The position numbers and the translations under genes are program-made. Positions 36,124 through 45,988 of a DNA stretch of 64,000 nt are shown here, in pieces; the stretch's first letter is position 1, and the number at the start of each line of letters is the position of its first letter. The notes beneath the pieces are model-generated. The model searched no databases and was not told the origin of the DNA. It saw nothing but the letters and a program-made list of their open reading frames with translations. Source of the stretch: Solirubrobacteraceae bacterium (GTDB taxonomy: Bacteria; Actinomycetota; Thermoleophilia; Solirubrobacterales; Solirubrobacteraceae); assembly GCA_036498265.1 (NCBI GenBank), contig DASYFT010000005.1, positions 13,832 to 77,831 on the forward strand, in the 5' to 3' direction.

Positions 36124-38952
36124 ATGACGCCCCGCCCGAGCCGCCACGCGCAACGTTCAGCGGACCCGAAAGCGGGCAACGCCGCAGGCGCCGAAGGTCT
36201 CCAGACTCAGGATCTGCGAGGGCGTGCGGCTGAGTGCGCCCACCTCGATGACCTCCTCGCGGCCGTCCGACTGGGGGAGAGCCGGGCGCTGCTCCTGCGA
36301 GGCGAGGCCGGTGTCGGCAAGACGGCTCTCCTCGAGTACCTCGCCGGGTCGGCACCCGATCTTCACCTCGTCCGGGCCGGTGGGGCCGAGTCTGACATGG
36401 AGCTGGCGTATGCCGGCCTGCATCAGCTGTGCTCTCCGCTGCTCGACCCGCTGGAGCGGCTCCCTCCTCCCCAGCGCCAGGCCCTCGAGATCGTGTTCGG
36501 GCTCAGCTCCGGAGCCGCGCCGGATCGCTTTTTCGTCGGCCTGGCTGTGCTGAGCCTGTTCTCGGAGGCCGCCGAGGAGCGTCCGCTGCTGTGCGTCATC
36601 GATGACGCACAGTGGCTCGATGAAGCGTCGGCACTGACGCTCGCGTTCGTGGCGCGCCGGCTGCTGGCGGAGCCCGTCGGGATCGTGTTCGCCGCGCGGG
36701 AGACCGGCGTGGAGCTCGAGCATCTGCCCGATCTCGAGGTGGGCGGCCTGCCCAGCGCCGACGCTCGAGCGCTTCTGGACTCGGCCGTTCAGTTCATGCT
36801 GGACGAGCAGGTGCGCGACCGGATCATCGCGGAGACGCGCGGGAACCCGCTGGCGTTGCTCGAACTGCCACGTGGGTGCACCGCCACCGAGCTGGCCGGC
36901 GGCCTGGGGCTGCTCGAGGAGGAGGCGCTGACGGGACGGATCGAGGAGGGCTTCGTCAGGCGGCTGGAGGCGCTGTCGGATGACGCCGGCCGCCTGCTCT
37001 TGCTCGCCGCCGCGGAGCCGGTCGGAGATCCCCTGCTGCTGCTGCGCACGAGTGAGCGGCTGGCGATCGCCGTCTCCGAAGTCGAGGCCGAGACCGACGG
37101 GCTCCTGCGGATCGGTGAGCGCGTGACGTTCCGTCATCCGCTGGTGCGCTCGGCCGTATACCGGTCGGCGTCGGTGCCGGAGCGCCGAGCGGTCCACCTG
37201 GCGCTGGCGGAGTCGACTGACAGGGAAGCCGACCCGGACCGCCGGGCGTGGCACCTCGCCATGGCGGCGGCGGGGCCCGATGAGCGGGTCGCGCTCGAGC
37301 TCGAGCGGTCAGCCGGCCGGGCACAGGCGCGCGGCGGTGTTGCGTCGGCGGCCGCCTTTCTCCAGCGCGCCGTCGCGCTGACGGGCGATCCGGACCGACG
37401 GGCCGACAGGGCGCTCGCCGCCGCCGAGGCGAGCCTGCAGGCGGGCTTGTTCGAAGTTGCGGGCGGCCTTCTGAGCACAGCCGAGGTGGGCCGGCTCGAT
37501 GAGCTTCAGCACGCCCGGCTCGACATGCTGCGCGCCGAGGCTGCTTATTCGGAAAGCCGCGGCAGCGAGGCACCCGGACTGCTGCTGCGGGCCGCGAAGA
37601 CGCTCGACGGGCTCGACCCGAGGCTGGCGCGCGAAACGTATCTCGACGCGTGGAGCGCCGCGCTCTTCGCCGGCAGCCTCGCGAGCGCCGGCGGGCTTGA
37701 CCTCGTGTCGCGCGAGGCCCTTGCCGCGCCGCGACAGGCCGGCGAGCAGCATCCGTCAGAGCTCCTGCTGGACGGGTTGTCGCTGGCGTTCACGGATGGG
37801 CGCTCCACAGCCTCGCCGGTCCTTGCTCGGGCGGCCAGGAGCTTCGCCGGCGAGGGTGTGACCACCGAGGAGGTTCTCCGCTGGGGCTGGCTCGCGACGG
37901 CTGCTGCCGCGATGGTGTGGGACTACGAGACGTGCACGGCGGTCGCCACCCGGGGGGTCGTGCTCGCGCGCGAGACCGGGGCGCTGACGGTGCTGGCAGT
38001 GAGCGTCAACGTGCTCGCCCAGGCTGTGGCACTCGGCGGGGAGTTCGGGATCGCGGGGTCGCTGGTCGCCGAGGCGGACAGCGTGAGGGAGGCGACGGGC
38101 ACCCGGGTCGCTCCCTACGGCGGCCTCGTGCTGGCCGGCATGCGGGGGCGCGACAGCGACGCCGAAGCGCTGATCGCTGCCACGATCCGCCACGCGACAG
38201 CCGGTGGCCAGGGGACCGCCGTCCAGTACGCGCACTGGGCGCGGTCCGTCCTCCTCAACGGCCTCGGCCGGTATCAGGAGGCGCTCGCGGCGGCGCAAGA
38301 GGCCAGCGACGACACGCCGGAGCTGTTCGTCTCGGCGTGGGCGCTGAGCGAGCTCATCGAGGCCGCCACCCGAAGCGAGGAGCCCGATCTGGCTGCCGCC
38401 GCGCTGGAGCGTCTCGGCGAGGCCACCTGCGCCGCCGATACCGACTGGGCGCGCGGAGTCGAGGCCCGAGGCCGGGCACTGCTGAGCGAGGGGGAGGCCG
38501 CCGAGCGTTCCTACCGGGAGGCCATCGAGCGGCTCGGCCGCACGCGGCTGCGGCCGGACCTCGCCCGCGCGCAGCTTCTCTACGGCGAGTGGCTGCGCCG
38601 CGAGAACCGTCGGCTCGATGCCCGGATGCAGCTCCGTGCCGCCCACGATCAGCTCACGGCCATCGGGATGGAGGCCTTCGCCGAGCGGGCACGCGTGGAG
38701 CTGCTGGCGACGGGCGAGCGGGTGCGCAAGCGCACGCTGGACACGCGTGACGAGCTCACGGCGCAGGAGTGGCAGATCGCCCAGCTCGCGCGAGAGGGGC
38801 TCTCGAACCCCGAGATCGGCGCGCGGCTGTTCCTCAGCCCGCGCACGGTGGAGTGGCACCTGCGCAAGGTGTTCACGAAGCTCGGAATCCGCTCGCGCCG
38901 AGACCTGGCCGGCGTGCTTCCCGGCTCGGGCTCACAGCTGGTCCTCGCCTAG
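36124..38952 (+). CDS. LAL-type (large ATP-binding LuxR family) transcriptional regulator
   Basis: Walker A in LLLRGEAGVGKTALLEY, a long helical/TPR-like middle region, and the C-terminal LuxR HTH LTAQEWQIAQLAREGLSNPEIGARLFLSPRTVEWHLRKVFTKLG. The start is uncertain: TTG 36058 or ATG 36124. Confidence 0.85.
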   Translation: MTPRPSRHAQRSADPKAGNAAGAEGLQTQDLRGRAAECAHLDDLLAAVRLGESRALLLRGEAGVGKTALLEYLAGSAPDLHLVRAGGAESDMELAYAGLHQLCSPLLDPLERLPPPQRQALEIVFGLSSGAAPDRFFVGLAVLSLFSEAAEERPLLCVIDDAQWLDEASALTLAFVARRLLAEPVGIVFAARETGVELEHLPDLEVGGLPSADARALLDSAVQFMLDEQVRDRIIAETRGNPLALLELPRGCTATELAGGLGLLEEEALTGRIEEGFVRRLEALSDDAGRLLLLAAAEPVGDPLLLLRTSERLAIAVSEVEAETDGLLRIGERVTFRHPLVRSAVYRSASVPERRAVHLALAESTDREADPDRRAWHLAMAAAGPDERVALELERSAGRAQARGGVASAAAFLQRAVALTGDPDRRADRALAAAEASLQAGLFEVAGGLLSTAEVGRLDELQHARLDMLRAEAAYSESRGSEAPGLLLRAAKTLDGLDPRLARETYLDAWSAALFAGSLASAGGLDLVSREALAAPRQAGEQHPSELLLDGLSLAFTDGRSTASPVLARAARSFAGEGVTTEEVLRWGWLATAAAAMVWDYETCTAVATRGVVLARETGALTVLAVSVNVLAQAVALGGEFGIAGSLVAEADSVREATGTRVAPYGGLVLAGMRGRDSDAEALIAATIRHATAGGQGTAVQYAHWARSVLLNGLGRYQEALAAAQEASDDTPELFVSAWALSELIEAATRSEEPDLAAAALERLGEATCAADTDWARGVEARGRALLSEGEAAERSYREAIERLGRTRLRPDLARAQLLYGEWLRRENRRLDARMQLRAAHDQLTAIGMEAFAERARVELLATGERVRKRTLDTRDELTAQEWQIAQLAREGLSNPEIGARLFLSPRTVEWHLRKVFTKLGIRSRRDLAGVLPGSGSQLVLA

Positions 38953-38988
38953 GGGGACACCGCCGAGTGCACGGCCGGCGCGGGATGA

Positions 38989-39657
38989 TTGGCCCGAGCT
39001 CCGATGATGATCGCCGCCGTCACCTCCCAGCACCTGCCGGGCGTCCTTCACAGCCTCGAACCGACGCTCAACCACTACGGCTACCTGGCCGTGTTCGGCC
39101 TCGTGCTGCTCGAGGACTTCGGCATCCCCGTCCCCGGGGAGACGGTTCTGATCCTCGGCGCGGTGTATGCGGGCGCCGGGCGGTTGAACATCGTGCTCGT
39201 CGCGCTGCTCGGCTTCCTCGGCGCGGTGATCGGGGACAACATCGGGTTCGCCATCGGGCATTTCGGCGGACGCCGGCTGGTCGAGCGCTACGGGCGCTAC
39301 ATCTTCCTCACGCGAGAGCGGCTCGACAAGGCCACCTCCTTCTTCGAACGACATGGCGGCAAGATCATCGTCATCGCCCGGTTCGTCGAGGGCCTGCGCC
39401 AGGCCAATGGCATCATCGCCGGGACCACCGGCATGCACTGGGCGCGGTTCCTCGCCTTCAACGCCCTCGGTGCCGCTCTCTGGGTCGCGGTGTGGACGAG
39501 CGTCGGGTACTTCTCCGGCAGTCACATCAACACCATCTACGACACCGCCACCCGCTACAGCACCTATTTCGCGATCGGCGTCGGCGTGCTGCTGGTCGCC
39601 CTGATCGCGCGTCGGGTTCTACGAGTCCGGCGGGCTCGGGCGCGCGACGCCGCCTGA
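38989..39657 (+). CDS. DedA family membrane protein
   Basis: [32 protein letters not shown] and [18 protein letters not shown]. An alternative ATG start is at 39004. Confidence 0.85.
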   Translation: MARAPMMIAAVTSQHLPGVLHSLEPTLNHYGYLAVFGLVLLEDFGIPVPGETVLILGAVYAGAGRLNIVLVALLGFLGAVIGDNIGFAIGHFGGRRLVERYGRYIFLTRERLDKATSFFERHGGKIIVIARFVEGLRQANGIIAGTTGMHWARFLAFNALGAALWVAVWTSVGYFSGSHINTIYDTATRYSTYFAIGVGVLLVALIARRVLRVRRARARDAA

Positions 39658-39796
39658 GATGCAGACGGCGCCCACCGCCGGGCGGCCGACACCACCCGCG
39701 GGATCGGAAGACCAGGGAGCAGACCAGGGACTGCACAGGCGCGAGCTCGACAGGAGCCGATCAGTGTTCGTCCGGTCACCGAGCCAAGGAGCGCAA

Positions 39797-41014
39797 ATGT
39801 CTGTCACCGTCGAGAAGCCCGCTGACGCCACGGCGATCCGCCCCTTCCACATCGACGTTCCAGAGGCGGCCCTGGATGACCTCCGCCGCCGCATCGCGGC
39901 CACACGCTGGCCCGAGAAGGAGACGGTCTCCGACGACTCGCAGGGCGTGCCACTGGCGCTGCTGCAGCAGCTCGCGCGCTACTGGGCCACCGAGCACGAC
40001 TGGCGCAGCTGCGAGTCGCGCCTGAACGACCTGCCGAACTTCACGACCGAGCTGGACGGGCTCGACATCCATTTCATCCACGTTCGCTCCCCGCACGAGG
40101 GCGCGCTGCCGCTGATCGTCACGCACGGATGGCCGGGCTCGATCCTCGAGCAGCTCAAGATCATCGGTCCGCTGACCGATCCGACCGCCCACGGCGGCAG
40201 CGCAGACGACGCCTTCCATCTCGTGATCCCGTCGCTGCCGGGCCACGGCTTCTCCGCCAAGCCCACCCGGACCGGATGGGATCCACCGCGCATCGCACGC
40301 GCGTGGGTCGAGCTGATGAAGCGCCTCGGTTACACGCGGTTCGTGGCTCAGGGTGGCGACTGGGGTGCGGCGGTGACACAGGCGATGGGTGAACAGGCGG
40401 CTCCCGAGCTGCTCGGCATCCACTCCAACATGCCGGGCACCGCGCCCCCCGACCTGGCCCAGGGGTTCCTGCGAGGCGACCCGCCGCCGGGCGATCTGCC
40501 GGAGGAGGAGAGACGCGCGTATGAACAGCTGAGCAGCTTCTACGCCAAGCACGTGGCCTACGCGCTGATCATGGGGACGCGTCCGCAGACGCTCTACGGG
40601 CTCGCGGACTCACCTGCCGATCTCGCCGCGTTCGTCCTCGACCACGGGGACGGCAGAGGGCAGCCCGGGCTCGTGGAAGCCGTCCTCCAGGGAGACCCGC
40701 CGGGCGAGCTCACGCGCGATGACATCCTCGACAACATCACGCTCTACTGGCTGACCAACACGGGGGTCTCCTCCGCCCGTCTCTACTGGGAGAACAAGGC
40801 GGGCTTCTTCGAAGCCAAGAAGATCTCGATCCCGTTCGCGATCAGCGTCTTCGCCGACGAGCTCTACCAGGCTCCTCGGAGCTGGGCCGAGCGCGCCTAT
40901 CCCAGCAACCTCATCCACTACAACCGCCTCGACAGCGGTGGCCACTTCGCGGCCTGGGAACAGCCCCAGCTGCTCGCCGAGGAGATTCGGGACGGCTTCC
41001 GGTCACTTCGGTAG
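39797..41014 (+). CDS. epoxide hydrolase (EHN N-terminal domain plus alpha/beta hydrolase)
   Basis: AAGGAG RBS, then [49 protein letters not shown] and FVAQGGDWG. Confidence 0.85.
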   Translation: MSVTVEKPADATAIRPFHIDVPEAALDDLRRRIAATRWPEKETVSDDSQGVPLALLQQLARYWATEHDWRSCESRLNDLPNFTTELDGLDIHFIHVRSPHEGALPLIVTHGWPGSILEQLKIIGPLTDPTAHGGSADDAFHLVIPSLPGHGFSAKPTRTGWDPPRIARAWVELMKRLGYTRFVAQGGDWGAAVTQAMGEQAAPELLGIHSNMPGTAPPDLAQGFLRGDPPPGDLPEEERRAYEQLSSFYAKHVAYALIMGTRPQTLYGLADSPADLAAFVLDHGDGRGQPGLVEAVLQGDPPGELTRDDILDNITLYWLTNTGVSSARLYWENKAGFFEAKKISIPFAISVFADELYQAPRSWAERAYPSNLIHYNRLDSGGHFAAWEQPQLLAEEIRDGFRSLR

Positions 41015-41020
41015 ACGGCC

Positions 41021-41968
41021 ATGTTCGAGCGTCTTCGCATGCCCTCGCTCGACAGGGCGTCCGCGTGGTTGGGCTCCGAGCCGCTCGGCGCCGCCGAGCT
41101 GGACGGCCACGTCGTCCTTGTCGACTTCTGGACGCTGACCTGCATCAACTGGCTGCGCACCGAGCCATACGTCCGTGCGTGGTCGCATGCCTACCGGGAC
41201 GACGGGCTCATCGTCATCGGGGTCCACACGCCGGAGTTCTCCTTCGAGCACGAGCTCGAGGGGGTCCGGGAGGCCACCAGGGAGCGCGCGATCGACTACC
41301 CCGTCGCGCTCGACAACGACTACGCCATATGGAGCGCGTTCGACAACCACTACTGGCCGGCTCTCTACTTCATCGATGCGCAGGGAGTCATCCGGGACCA
41401 GCATTTCGGCGAGGGACGTTACGAGCAATCGGAGCGCGTCATCCAGCGCCTGCTCGGCGTCGAACGGGAGCTGACGCCTGTCGAAGGAGCCGGAGTCGAG
41501 GCCGAAGCCGACTGGGACCACCTGGGCTCGCCCGAGACCTACCTCGGCTACGACCAGGCGCACCGGTTCGCCTCGCCGGGCGGTGCCAGCCTGGACAGGC
41601 CCGCCACCTACGTGATTCCCGAGACCCTGCGCCTCAACGATTGGGGCCTCGGCGGCGAGTGGAGCATCGGGGGCGAGAGCGTCGTCGCAGCGCAGGCCCG
41701 CGCGAGCGTCGCCTACCGCTTCCACGGGCGCGACGCTCACCTGGTCCTTGCTTCGGCGGGGCGCGAGCCGATCCCCTTCCGCGTTCTCCTCGACGGCGAG
41801 CACCCGGGCCCATCGCACGGCCTGGACATCGACGAGGAAGGCAACGGCATGCTCCGGGAGGGCCGCCTCTACCAGCTCGTGCGCCAGCACGACGTCGTCC
41901 GCGAGCGGACCCTGGAGATCACGTTCCTCGAGCCCGGCGCCGAGGCGTACGTGTTCACCTTCGGCTAG
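41021..41968 (+). CDS. thioredoxin-fold redoxin (DipZ C-terminal-like) with a single Cys in the active-site position
   Basis: VVLVDFWTLTCINWLRTEPY, IGVHTPEFSFE and YWPALYFIDAQG. The sequence shows C-I-N-W where C-x-x-C is expected. Confidence 0.75.
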   Translation: MFERLRMPSLDRASAWLGSEPLGAAELDGHVVLVDFWTLTCINWLRTEPYVRAWSHAYRDDGLIVIGVHTPEFSFEHELEGVREATRERAIDYPVALDNDYAIWSAFDNHYWPALYFIDAQGVIRDQHFGEGRYEQSERVIQRLLGVERELTPVEGAGVEAEADWDHLGSPETYLGYDQAHRFASPGGASLDRPATYVIPETLRLNDWGLGGEWSIGGESVVAAQARASVAYRFHGRDAHLVLASAGREPIPFRVLLDGEHPGPSHGLDIDEEGNGMLREGRLYQLVRQHDVVRERTLEITFLEPGAEAYVFTFG

Positions 41969-42359
41969 GCCGCCGACGGGAGTAGAGGAGTGCGGCAGCG
42001 CCCAGCAGCGCCAGACCACCGGCGATCCCGCCGACGATGTAGCGCAGGTGGTGATGGACAGCGGCCGGGCGCACCGCCCTCAGTGGATGGCGCGGGACGT
42101 ACAGGATCCGGATGTGGCGTGCGTGCAGCAGCCGCTGGAGCGCCGGCTCGGCGCCCGCCGGGTAGTAGGCGTGCCACTCGTCCAGGTTGCGGAACTTGAT
42201 CTCCACGTCGCTGCGCGCGGGGTTGATGATCGCGCGGATCAGCGGGCCCGACCTCACCTGCTCGAGCACGGCCGGGTAGCCGACCCATGTTTCGGCCGCA
42301 GCCTGGCTCGGTGAGGCGAGCACGCTAAACGCTGCCACCAGCAGCAATCGCGGACGCAA
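41955..42359 (-). CDS. hypothetical secreted protein with C-terminal TM anchor
   Basis: Signal MRPRLLLVAAFSVLASPSQAAA and C-terminal IVGGIAGGLALLGAAALLY followed by RRRPSRR. It lies on the same strand as, and downstream of, the PKD genes. Confidence 0.5.
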   Translation of the reverse strand: MRPRLLLVAAFSVLASPSQAAAETWVGYPAVLEQVRSGPLIRAIINPARSDVEIKFRNLDEWHAYYPAGAEPALQRLLHARHIRILYVPRHPLRAVRPAAVHHHLRYIVGGIAGGLALLGAAALLYSRRRPSRR

Positions 42360-42384
42360 GGCAGGGATCGTAGGGGAAGGACGC

Positions 42385-43140
42385 CTAGCCTTCGACGGCG
42401 GAGGGAGGGCATGCGACCGGCACGATCCCCCCCGGCTCCAGGCAACGGTCGGTGCGCGCCGGTGGCCTGTGCCGGCGGATGGCGAAGCGGGTGTACTTCC
42501 CGATCCGGCCGCTCTCGGAGACGCGCACCTCCAGCACGACGCCCGCCCGGAGCCTCGTCTCCATGCGCCCGAAGCGCAGGGTGACAGCGCCGGCGCTCGC
42601 TACCGAGGCCACCTTGCTTTCGAGGCTCAGCGGGCACCCGCGCCCACGGCAGGCGACTTCGGCGCGCGCTCCCGGCGGCACCTCCACCGAGAGCAACCGG
42701 ACCCTCATCCCGGCCGCCGATTCGGTGCCCACCATGCGGACGATCGGGAAGGGAAGCAGGACGCCGGGCGGAGGCGAGCTCACCTGGATCGCGGCGGCGG
42801 CGACGCTCGAGGACCCGTCCGCCGCGGTGACACGGAGCCGCACCAGATGCGGGCCGGGCGTGGAGAAGGACGTGCTTGCGACGGGACCTCCTTCGGTGAA
42901 CGTGCCGATGCCGGCGAGGTCCCAAGCGAAGGCCGTGATCGGCGTCGAGGGGTCGATCGAAGCCGATACGAGAGACACCGGTTCGCCCGGCGCCGGCGAG
43001 GGAGGGAACCACACGAAGGTGGCCGAAGGAGCTTCGGCCATCGCTCCGGCGGCCCCGAGCGCCGAGAGCACGCCCGTCAGCAGGAGCACTGCGGCCAGCC
43101 GCCTCCATGGCACACGCGGGGCTACGATCGCGCCGCTCAT
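42385..43140 (-). CDS. secreted PKD-domain protein (paralog B)
   Basis: ATG at 43140 overlaps the stop of the upstream paralog (ATGA). Signal peptide, then FVWFPPSPAPGEPVSLVSASID...FAWDLAGIG...HLVRLRVTAADG (PKD-like), then a Cys-containing C-terminal module. Confidence 0.7.
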   Translation of the reverse strand: MSGAIVAPRVPWRRLAAVLLLTGVLSALGAAGAMAEAPSATFVWFPPSPAPGEPVSLVSASIDPSTPITAFAWDLAGIGTFTEGGPVASTSFSTPGPHLVRLRVTAADGSSSVAAAAIQVSSPPPGVLLPFPIVRMVGTESAAGMRVRLLSVEVPPGARAEVACRGRGCPLSLESKVASVASAGAVTLRFGRMETRLRAGVVLEVRVSESGRIGKYTRFAIRRHRPPARTDRCLEPGGIVPVACPPSAVEG

Positions 43141-43913
43141 GGGGGACACGCGATCGGCTTGACGCCGGTTGGGGCGAGACACGAGTCGACGCGCAGCGGG
43201 AGCTTGCGGCGCCGCACGGTGAAGCGCGTGTAGGCGCCGATGGTGCTGCCCTTGGAGACGCGGATCTGCACCACGGCCCGCGCGGGGAGGTAACGCTCGA
43301 ACTGCCTGAAGCGGACCAGACGCAGCCGGCCCGCACCGCCGGCCGCGAGCCGAGCGGCGGATCTCGCTGGGCAGCCGGCGCCCTGGCAGCTGAGAGTGAT
43401 TCGGGCGCCGGCCGGCGCCTTCACGCCGAGCTCCCTGAGCCTGACCCCGGTCCCGTAGACGCGTCCGAGGATCCGCACGACGGGAAACGGCAGGAGCACC
43501 CCCGGTGCGGGCGTGCTCATCCGGATGGTCTCGACGGCGGTGCTCGACAGATGGTCCGCCGCCGTGACACGGAGCCTCACCTGGTGTTCGGCAGGGGTCG
43601 GGAAGGTCGTGCTGGTGGCCGCGCCGCCCGCCGCGAACGGACCGAAGGGCCCGTTGTCGGCGAGATCCCATGCGTACTCGATGATCGGGCTGGTGTGATC
43701 GCTGGAGGTCGACACCAGCGAGATGACCTGACCCGGGTGCGGCGAGCTCGGCAGCCACACGAACGACGCCAGCGGGTAGGCCTTCAGGTTGTAGAGGGCG
43801 GAGGCACTCGCGGCCGGGGATTCACCAGAAGCCGGCGACGCCGCACCTGCACCGCAGGCGAATAGTGCCACGCAGAGGCCTGCCATCGGCCTTCGTAACA
43901 GCGCACTGCGCAC
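43137..43913 (-). CDS. secreted PKD-domain protein (paralog A)
   Basis: FVWLPSSPHPGQVISLVSTSSD...YAWDLADNG...HQVRLRVTAADH, with the same architecture as paralog B. Confidence 0.7.
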   Translation of the reverse strand: MRSALLRRPMAGLCVALFACGAGAASPASGESPAASASALYNLKAYPLASFVWLPSSPHPGQVISLVSTSSDHTSPIIEYAWDLADNGPFGPFAAGGAATSTTFPTPAEHQVRLRVTAADHLSSTAVETIRMSTPAPGVLLPFPVVRILGRVYGTGVRLRELGVKAPAGARITLSCQGAGCPARSAARLAAGGAGRLRLVRFRQFERYLPARAVVQIRVSKGSTIGAYTRFTVRRRKLPLRVDSCLAPTGVKPIACPP

Positions 43914-43943
43914 CCCTGCGTCCTCCCAGCCCCCTCACCCGTT

Positions 43944-44789
43944 GTGTGTGCCGTTTACCCCTTTCGGAAAACGACAAAACCGACCCGGGTCGAAGCGAGC
44001 CTACCGTCCCGATGCTCGCGCCCTGAGGACCAATCCATGGTTGTGCGCCTGGAGCATCGAGACCTCCCCCTCCATGAGGATCCCCCACCTTCCCTCGCGC
44101 AGGAGAGTACCACTCCACAGCGTGTGCGCAAGGGGGGCGTCCTGGGGGGTCGGACTAGACTGCCCGGCGACTTGGGGCGGCCGGCGAAGATCGCGAGCGG
44201 GGTGCGCACGGAGCTGCGGCTGCTCCTCTCGCTGCGCGTCCTGCCGCCACGCGTGGCGGTCTTCTGCTGGCGCGCACGCAGGCACGCGATGCGAAGCGGC
44301 GACCGCTTCAGCCTGGACTCGGCCACGCGGCCGGCCGAGCTTGCGCAGCTGCTTGCGCTGGCCGGGCCGCGCACCTCGGTCGTCGAGCTCGGCACGGGCA
44401 CCGGGTGGAGCGCCATTGCGCTCGCCCTGCACGTGCGCGGGCGTCGTGTGGTCAGCTGTGATCCCTTCGCCCGCGCCGAACGGGACGCCTATCTCCATCT
44501 CGCCGGCCGATCCGCGCGTGCGCGCATAGAGCTGCGCCGGGAGCCGGACACGGCCGGACCGCGACCTGGCGACGCGCCGGTGCAGCTGCTGTTCGTCGAC
44601 TCCTCCCACGAGCGCGAGGCGACGGTTGCCGCCTTCCGTGGTTGGCGGGATGCCCTCGCTCCCGGCGCCGTGGTCGTCTTCCACGACCACGGACACCCCT
44701 CCTATCCGGGTGTCCGCGAGGCCGTCGCCGACCTGCAGCTGTCCGGTCGCGAGGAGGGCGGGCTGTTCGTCTGGCGAGCGCCGGGATGA
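43944..44789 (+). CDS. class I SAM-dependent methyltransferase
   Basis: Motif I VVELGTGTGWSAIALAL, LLFVDSSHEREATVAAFRGW and GAVVVFHDH. The true start is probably downstream of 43944 (for example ATG 44037 or later). Confidence 0.7.
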   Translation: MCAVYPFRKTTKPTRVEASLPSRCSRPEDQSMVVRLEHRDLPLHEDPPPSLAQESTTPQRVRKGGVLGGRTRLPGDLGRPAKIASGVRTELRLLLSLRVLPPRVAVFCWRARRHAMRSGDRFSLDSATRPAELAQLLALAGPRTSVVELGTGTGWSAIALALHVRGRRVVSCDPFARAERDAYLHLAGRSARARIELRREPDTAGPRPGDAPVQLLFVDSSHEREATVAAFRGWRDALAPGAVVVFHDHGHPSYPGVREAVADLQLSGREEGGLFVWRAPG

Positions 44790-44791
44790 TT

Positions 44792-44812
44792 GTGGCGGGA
44801 TGACCCCGCCAC
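44792..44812. terminator. hairpin GTGGCGGG-atgac-CCCGCCAC between convergent genes
   Basis: Perfect 8-bp stem, 3 nt after the methyltransferase stop. Confidence 0.45.
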
Positions 44813-44862
44813 GATCGGGTCAGCAGCGGCCCGCGCAACGCGCGCTGAGCACCTCCCGCCGC

Positions 44863-45771
44863 TCAGCCTCCGACGACGGGCAGCACGGGCGTGCAGGCGG
44901 GCGTGATCGGATGCTTCGGGTCCAGCGCAGTCAGCACGTCCGCGTCGGCGATGTGGTCATACGGTGCCGAGAGGTGCTCGCCCTGGTCGAGGACGCATTG
45001 GCTCTGCAGGAGGATGTTCGTGACGTTCGCCCCGGACAGGAATGCGGAGCTGTACGGCGTGACGACCTCGTCGTTGGTCGACTGGATGACGGTGTAGTGC
45101 ACGCCGGGGACCGTGTCCTTTCCGGCGTTCAGCTTCGCCAGGAAGGCCGACCCGGCCTCCTGCTGTTCGCAGGCGGGGCAGAGGACTCCGAAGGCGGAGC
45201 CCACGCCGAGGAGGTTCGCCAGCGTGAAGATGCCGTCGAGCGTGGTGCCGTGGTTGGACGGGGACAGACCGACGAGCGTGTGGACCTTCGCCGCGCCGCC
45301 GAGGAACCTCAGGTAGTAGCGCGGCATCATGCCGCCCTGCGAGTGTCCCACCAGGTCCACCTTGCGGGCGCCCGTCGCGGCGAGCACCTGGCCGACGAAC
45401 CCGGCCAGCTGTTCGGCCGACTGGGCGATGTCGCCGGTGGCGTAGACGCCGAACTGCCCGCTGCCTTCGTAGGAGCCGTAGTTGAGCGCGAACACGCAGT
45501 AGCCGTGGTCGTAGAGGAGCGGCGAGAGGGCCTGCCAGTTCCCGGACATGTCCTCGAAGGTGCCGTGCACGAGTATCACCGGCCGGGGATGAGCCGCCGA
45601 TGGCCTGCACGACCAGTTGTTGGCGCCCGGCGGGCTGGCACTGGGGCTGCTCTGCGCGTAGCCGAGCGCGCCGTTGTAGACGACGGGCAGTTCCGCCGCC
45701 CGTGACGTGCCGGCTGCCACGACGCTTGCCAGCGCGGCTGCGGCAGCCACTGCGATCAGGCGATTACGCAT
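44863..45771 (-). CDS. secreted triacylglycerol lipase/esterase (GHSQGG-type alpha/beta hydrolase)
   Basis: Signal MRNRLIAVAAAAALASVVAAGTSRA, PVILVHGTFEDMSGNW and VDLVGHSQGGMMPRYYL. Confidence 0.85.
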   Translation of the reverse strand: MRNRLIAVAAAAALASVVAAGTSRAAELPVVYNGALGYAQSSPSASPPGANNWSCRPSAAHPRPVILVHGTFEDMSGNWQALSPLLYDHGYCVFALNYGSYEGSGQFGVYATGDIAQSAEQLAGFVGQVLAATGARKVDLVGHSQGGMMPRYYLRFLGGAAKVHTLVGLSPSNHGTTLDGIFTLANLLGVGSAFGVLCPACEQQEAGSAFLAKLNAGKDTVPGVHYTVIQSTNDEVVTPYSSAFLSGANVTNILLQSQCVLDQGEHLSAPYDHIADADVLTALDPKHPITPACTPVLPVVGG

Positions 45772-45988
45772 CTCTCCAGTTCCTCCCGGTAGCTCTGTTT
45801 CGGACCGGCGCTCCCGATCACCCCGGCGCCGTCATCGACGCAGGCGCGGGTCCGGTGAAGCAGAGCACCTATACCCGTTTCCCCGGATTTGGCACAGCGG
45901 ATCGGGCCGCGGCCCGGATCTCCGGCCCGGCCTTCGCGGATCGCCCGGCCGGCACGGCATCCCCGCTGATGCCTATCGTGATCGGCTC

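Noticed and set aside
35901-36233. A 110-aa ORF upstream of the LAL regulator.
   Set aside because: Its ATG lies inside the putative promoter spacer. The translation is Ser/Arg/Ala-rich without motifs and has no RBS. It is more likely untranslated leader.
45772-45988. An imperfect palindrome, GGATCGGGCCGCGGCCCGGATC, between the lipase and SNF2 genes.
   Set aside because: The arms are out of register by one base. The composition makes such near-palindromes common, so the evidence is insufficient.
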